Below the pieces are notes generated by a model, which saw only the letters and a program-made list of their open reading frames with translations, had not been told where the DNA came from and ran no database searches. This document shows, piece after piece, positions 61,601 through 64,000 of a stretch of DNA of 64,000 bases. The stretch spans positions 2,176,001-2,240,000 of the forward strand of contig CAVTTN010000002.1 of NCBI GenBank assembly GCA_963737655.1, given 5' to 3'. The translations under genes and the position numbers were made by a program. Position 1 is the first letter of the stretch; each line of letters starts with the position of its first letter. Source of the DNA: an uncultured Planctomycetota bacterium (GTDB lineage: Bacteria > Planctomycetota > Planctomycetia > Isosphaerales > Isosphaeraceae).

Positions 61601-64000
61601 GCCGCGACGGGCCGGCTCTGGTCGAGGACGTCCGCCCAGCGCGTCGGCGGATGCTCCGGGTCGAGCGGCACATACGCTCCTCCGGCCTTCAAAACGGCCA
61701 GGATCGCCACCAGAGCTCCCGGCGTTCTTCCCGCCTCGACGGCCACGAGCTTTTCCGGCTCGACGCCGAGGGTCTTCAGGTGGTTGGCCAGTCGGTTCGC
61801 CCGGGAATTAAGCTCGCCGAACGAGATTCGGAGATCGCCGAAGACCAGCGCCTCGGCATCGGGGGTCGCCAGGGCGTGGGCCTCGACCAGCTCGTGAACC
61901 AGCCGGCGATCGGCCGCCTGTTGAGACCGCCTGCTCCACGTATCGAGGAGTAAGTTACGCTCGGAATCCGGTAGGATTGGCAATGACGAGACGCGGCAAT
62001 TCGGGTTCGTCGCGATTCCCCGCAGGAGGGCCTGATAGCTCCCTAGCAGGCGATCGGCGGTGGCCGGATCGTAAAGGTCGGAGTTGTATTCGAGGGCCAG
62101 GGCAAGGCGGTCGCCGTCGAGCGCGGCCGAAAGAGTCAGGTCAAAGAGAGCACCGTCTCGGGCCAGAGGGATGGCCTCCAGAGCGAGGCCGCCGAGAGTC
62201 ATCCTCGCCCCTTCGCCGAGGGTGGAGAACGGCGTCAGCCCTTCGGAATCGAGCCGGTGGGCTTTTTGATAGATAAACATTGCCTGGAAGATGGCCGATC
62301 GGCTCGGATCGGGCGTCGGGGCCAGGCGGCGGACGACCTCGGGGAACGGGAACTCGGCATGTTCCAGGGCGTCGCGGACGACCTCTTTCATCCGTTCGAG
62401 CCATCGGGCGAAGGTCGGGTCGTCGGCGAGGTCCGCCCGCATCGGCACCAGGTTGACGCAGTATCCGACGAGGCCCTCCAACCCCGGCCGACCTCGCCCC
62501 GCCACGGGCGAGCCCACGATCACGTCGGTCTGGCCGGAAAGCCGCGCCAACAGGGCCGAGAACGCCGAGAGCAGCGTCGAGTAGAGGCTCGCCCCGCTCG
62601 ATTCGGCGAGGGCCACGATCGCTCGTGTGAGCGTGGAATCCAGCGAGATCGTGCGAGTCCCGCCGCGCTCGCCCAGGACGGCCGGACGCGGTCGGTCGGT
62701 CGGCAGTTCGAGGACGGGCAACGGGTCGCCGAGCCGCTCCTTCCAGAACGACCAGAGCCGATCTCCCTCGGCTCCTTCCACCAATCGCCTCTGCCATCGG
62801 GCGAAGTCGGTATACGAGACCGGCAACGGCCCGAGCCTCGCCGGCTCGCCCGAGACGATCTCGCGGTACAGCCGACCCAGCTCGTCCAGCATCACCGCGA
62901 CCGACCAGAAGTCGCCCACGATGTGGTGGAGCGCCAGCAAGAGATACGATTCCTCATCCGATCGCGTGAACAGAGCGACACGAAGCAACGGGTCGGCAGC
63001 GAGGTCGAATGGGCGATTGGATTGTTGGTCGAGATTCTCGCGGATTGCCCGATCCGAGAGCGCGGACACGTCTTCGATCGAGAATCCGAGATCGCGATCC
63101 GGAACGACCCGCTGGACGGGCAAGCCGTTCTCAATGGGGAAGCTCGTCCTCAAGGCGGGGTGGCGGACGACGAGGCGGCGGAGGGCGTCGCGAAGGGCCG
63201 GGACGTCGATCCGCGAGCGAATCCGGGCCGCGCCGGCGATCGTGTGCGCGGCGCCCTCGGGATTCACGTGCTGGAGAAACCACAGGGCCTGCTGGCCCGG
63301 CGCGAGCGGATGATCGCCGGGAACGTCGCCGGTGGCCTCGATGGCCTCGGCCGCGGGCCCGCCCACCTTCGGGAGCAATTCATCGGCGATCTCGGCCAGG
63401 CTCGGGCCCTTCATGAGGCTCGCCAGGGGGATCCCCAGCCCGAGCCTCTCTTCCACGCCCGCGCGGAACTCCATCGCCATCAGCGAATCGAGCCCGAGAG
63501 ACAGGAGAGGCCGGTCGGTGTCGATCCGCTCCGGGGCGAGTTTCAGGACGTCCGCCAGGGTCTCGCGGACCTCGCCGAGGATTCGGTCGCGGAGCTGGGC
63601 CGGCGGGACGGTGGTCAGGTCGAGAGCCGCTTTCGAGGGCCGCCGGTCGATCGGCCTAGCCTCGTCGATCGAGTCGAACAAGGGGCGGAGGCCGGTCGTC
63701 CCATGAAGCGTCTTGAGGGTCGGCCAATCGACGTCCGCGACGATCGCCCCGGCCGATCCCGAGGCGAGTAACGCGTCGAAGGCGGCCAGGGCGCGGGGTC
63801 CGTCGAGCGAGCGGAGTCCGAGCAATCCCAGCGTTCGCGTCTCCTCGGCCGCCATGCCCGATCCGCTCCACGGGCCCCAGCCGATGGAGAGGCCCGGGAG
63901 GCCGAACGAGCGTCGGCGATGAACGACCGCGTCGAGGGCCGCGTTCGCCGCCGAATAGGCCGCGGACCTCGCGGCGCCGATCGTGGCGGTGATCGAGGAG
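58633..64000 (-). CDS. Hybrid PKS-NRPS (start outside window): KR-ACP-C-A(Orn/Dab-like)-T-C, frameshifts near 60760 and 58695
   Basis: KR tail YSAANAALD..SIGWGPW at 63855-63999; ACP LGLDSL; HHIVGDFWS; A domain; T GMDSI; HHMIVDGWC. Confidence 0.88.

Noticed and set aside
47735..64000. Calling the NRPS product a siderophore
   Set aside because: There is an Orn-like code and a PvdE-type exporter, but no ornithine hydroxylase, acyl/formyltransferase or TonB-dependent receptor in the window; the upstream part is not visible

Overview
High-GC window, very probably from a planctomycete (DUF1501, DUF1559 and a planctomycete-type 'ESRSLLS' export signal; Isosphaeraceae-like by inference). It has four blocks. 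(1) 1-12 kb: housekeeping and hypothetical genes, including an RlmI-like methyltransferase, DUF1501, tRNA-Ile(GAT), an ABC-F ATPase, RDD, EVE and VOC. (2) 12-31 kb: a Wzx/Wzy-type glycan locus with a complete PglF/E/D/C-like (diNAcBac-type) set, a Wzc kinase but no recognisable Wza, and an O-antigen-ligase-like gene carrying an in-frame palindromic insertion with 38-bp arms. (3) 31.9-42.2 kb: a co-oriented module of lipoprotein, DUF1559, TPR, CRTAC1/ASPIC, TPR, TPR, heptaheme cytochrome and TPR, of unknown function. (4) 43.6-64 kb: the downstream end of a hybrid PKS-NRPS cluster, KR-ACP-C-A-T-C | A-T-C | A-T-C-A-T-TE, predicted ~Orn/Dab-Gly-Thr-Arg/Lys, with a PPTase, a cyclic-peptide ABC exporter and MacAB. 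About 11 single-base frameshifts, mostly in short G/C runs, most likely reflect long-read assembly errors. All annotations are motif recognition by eye; no database searches were run.
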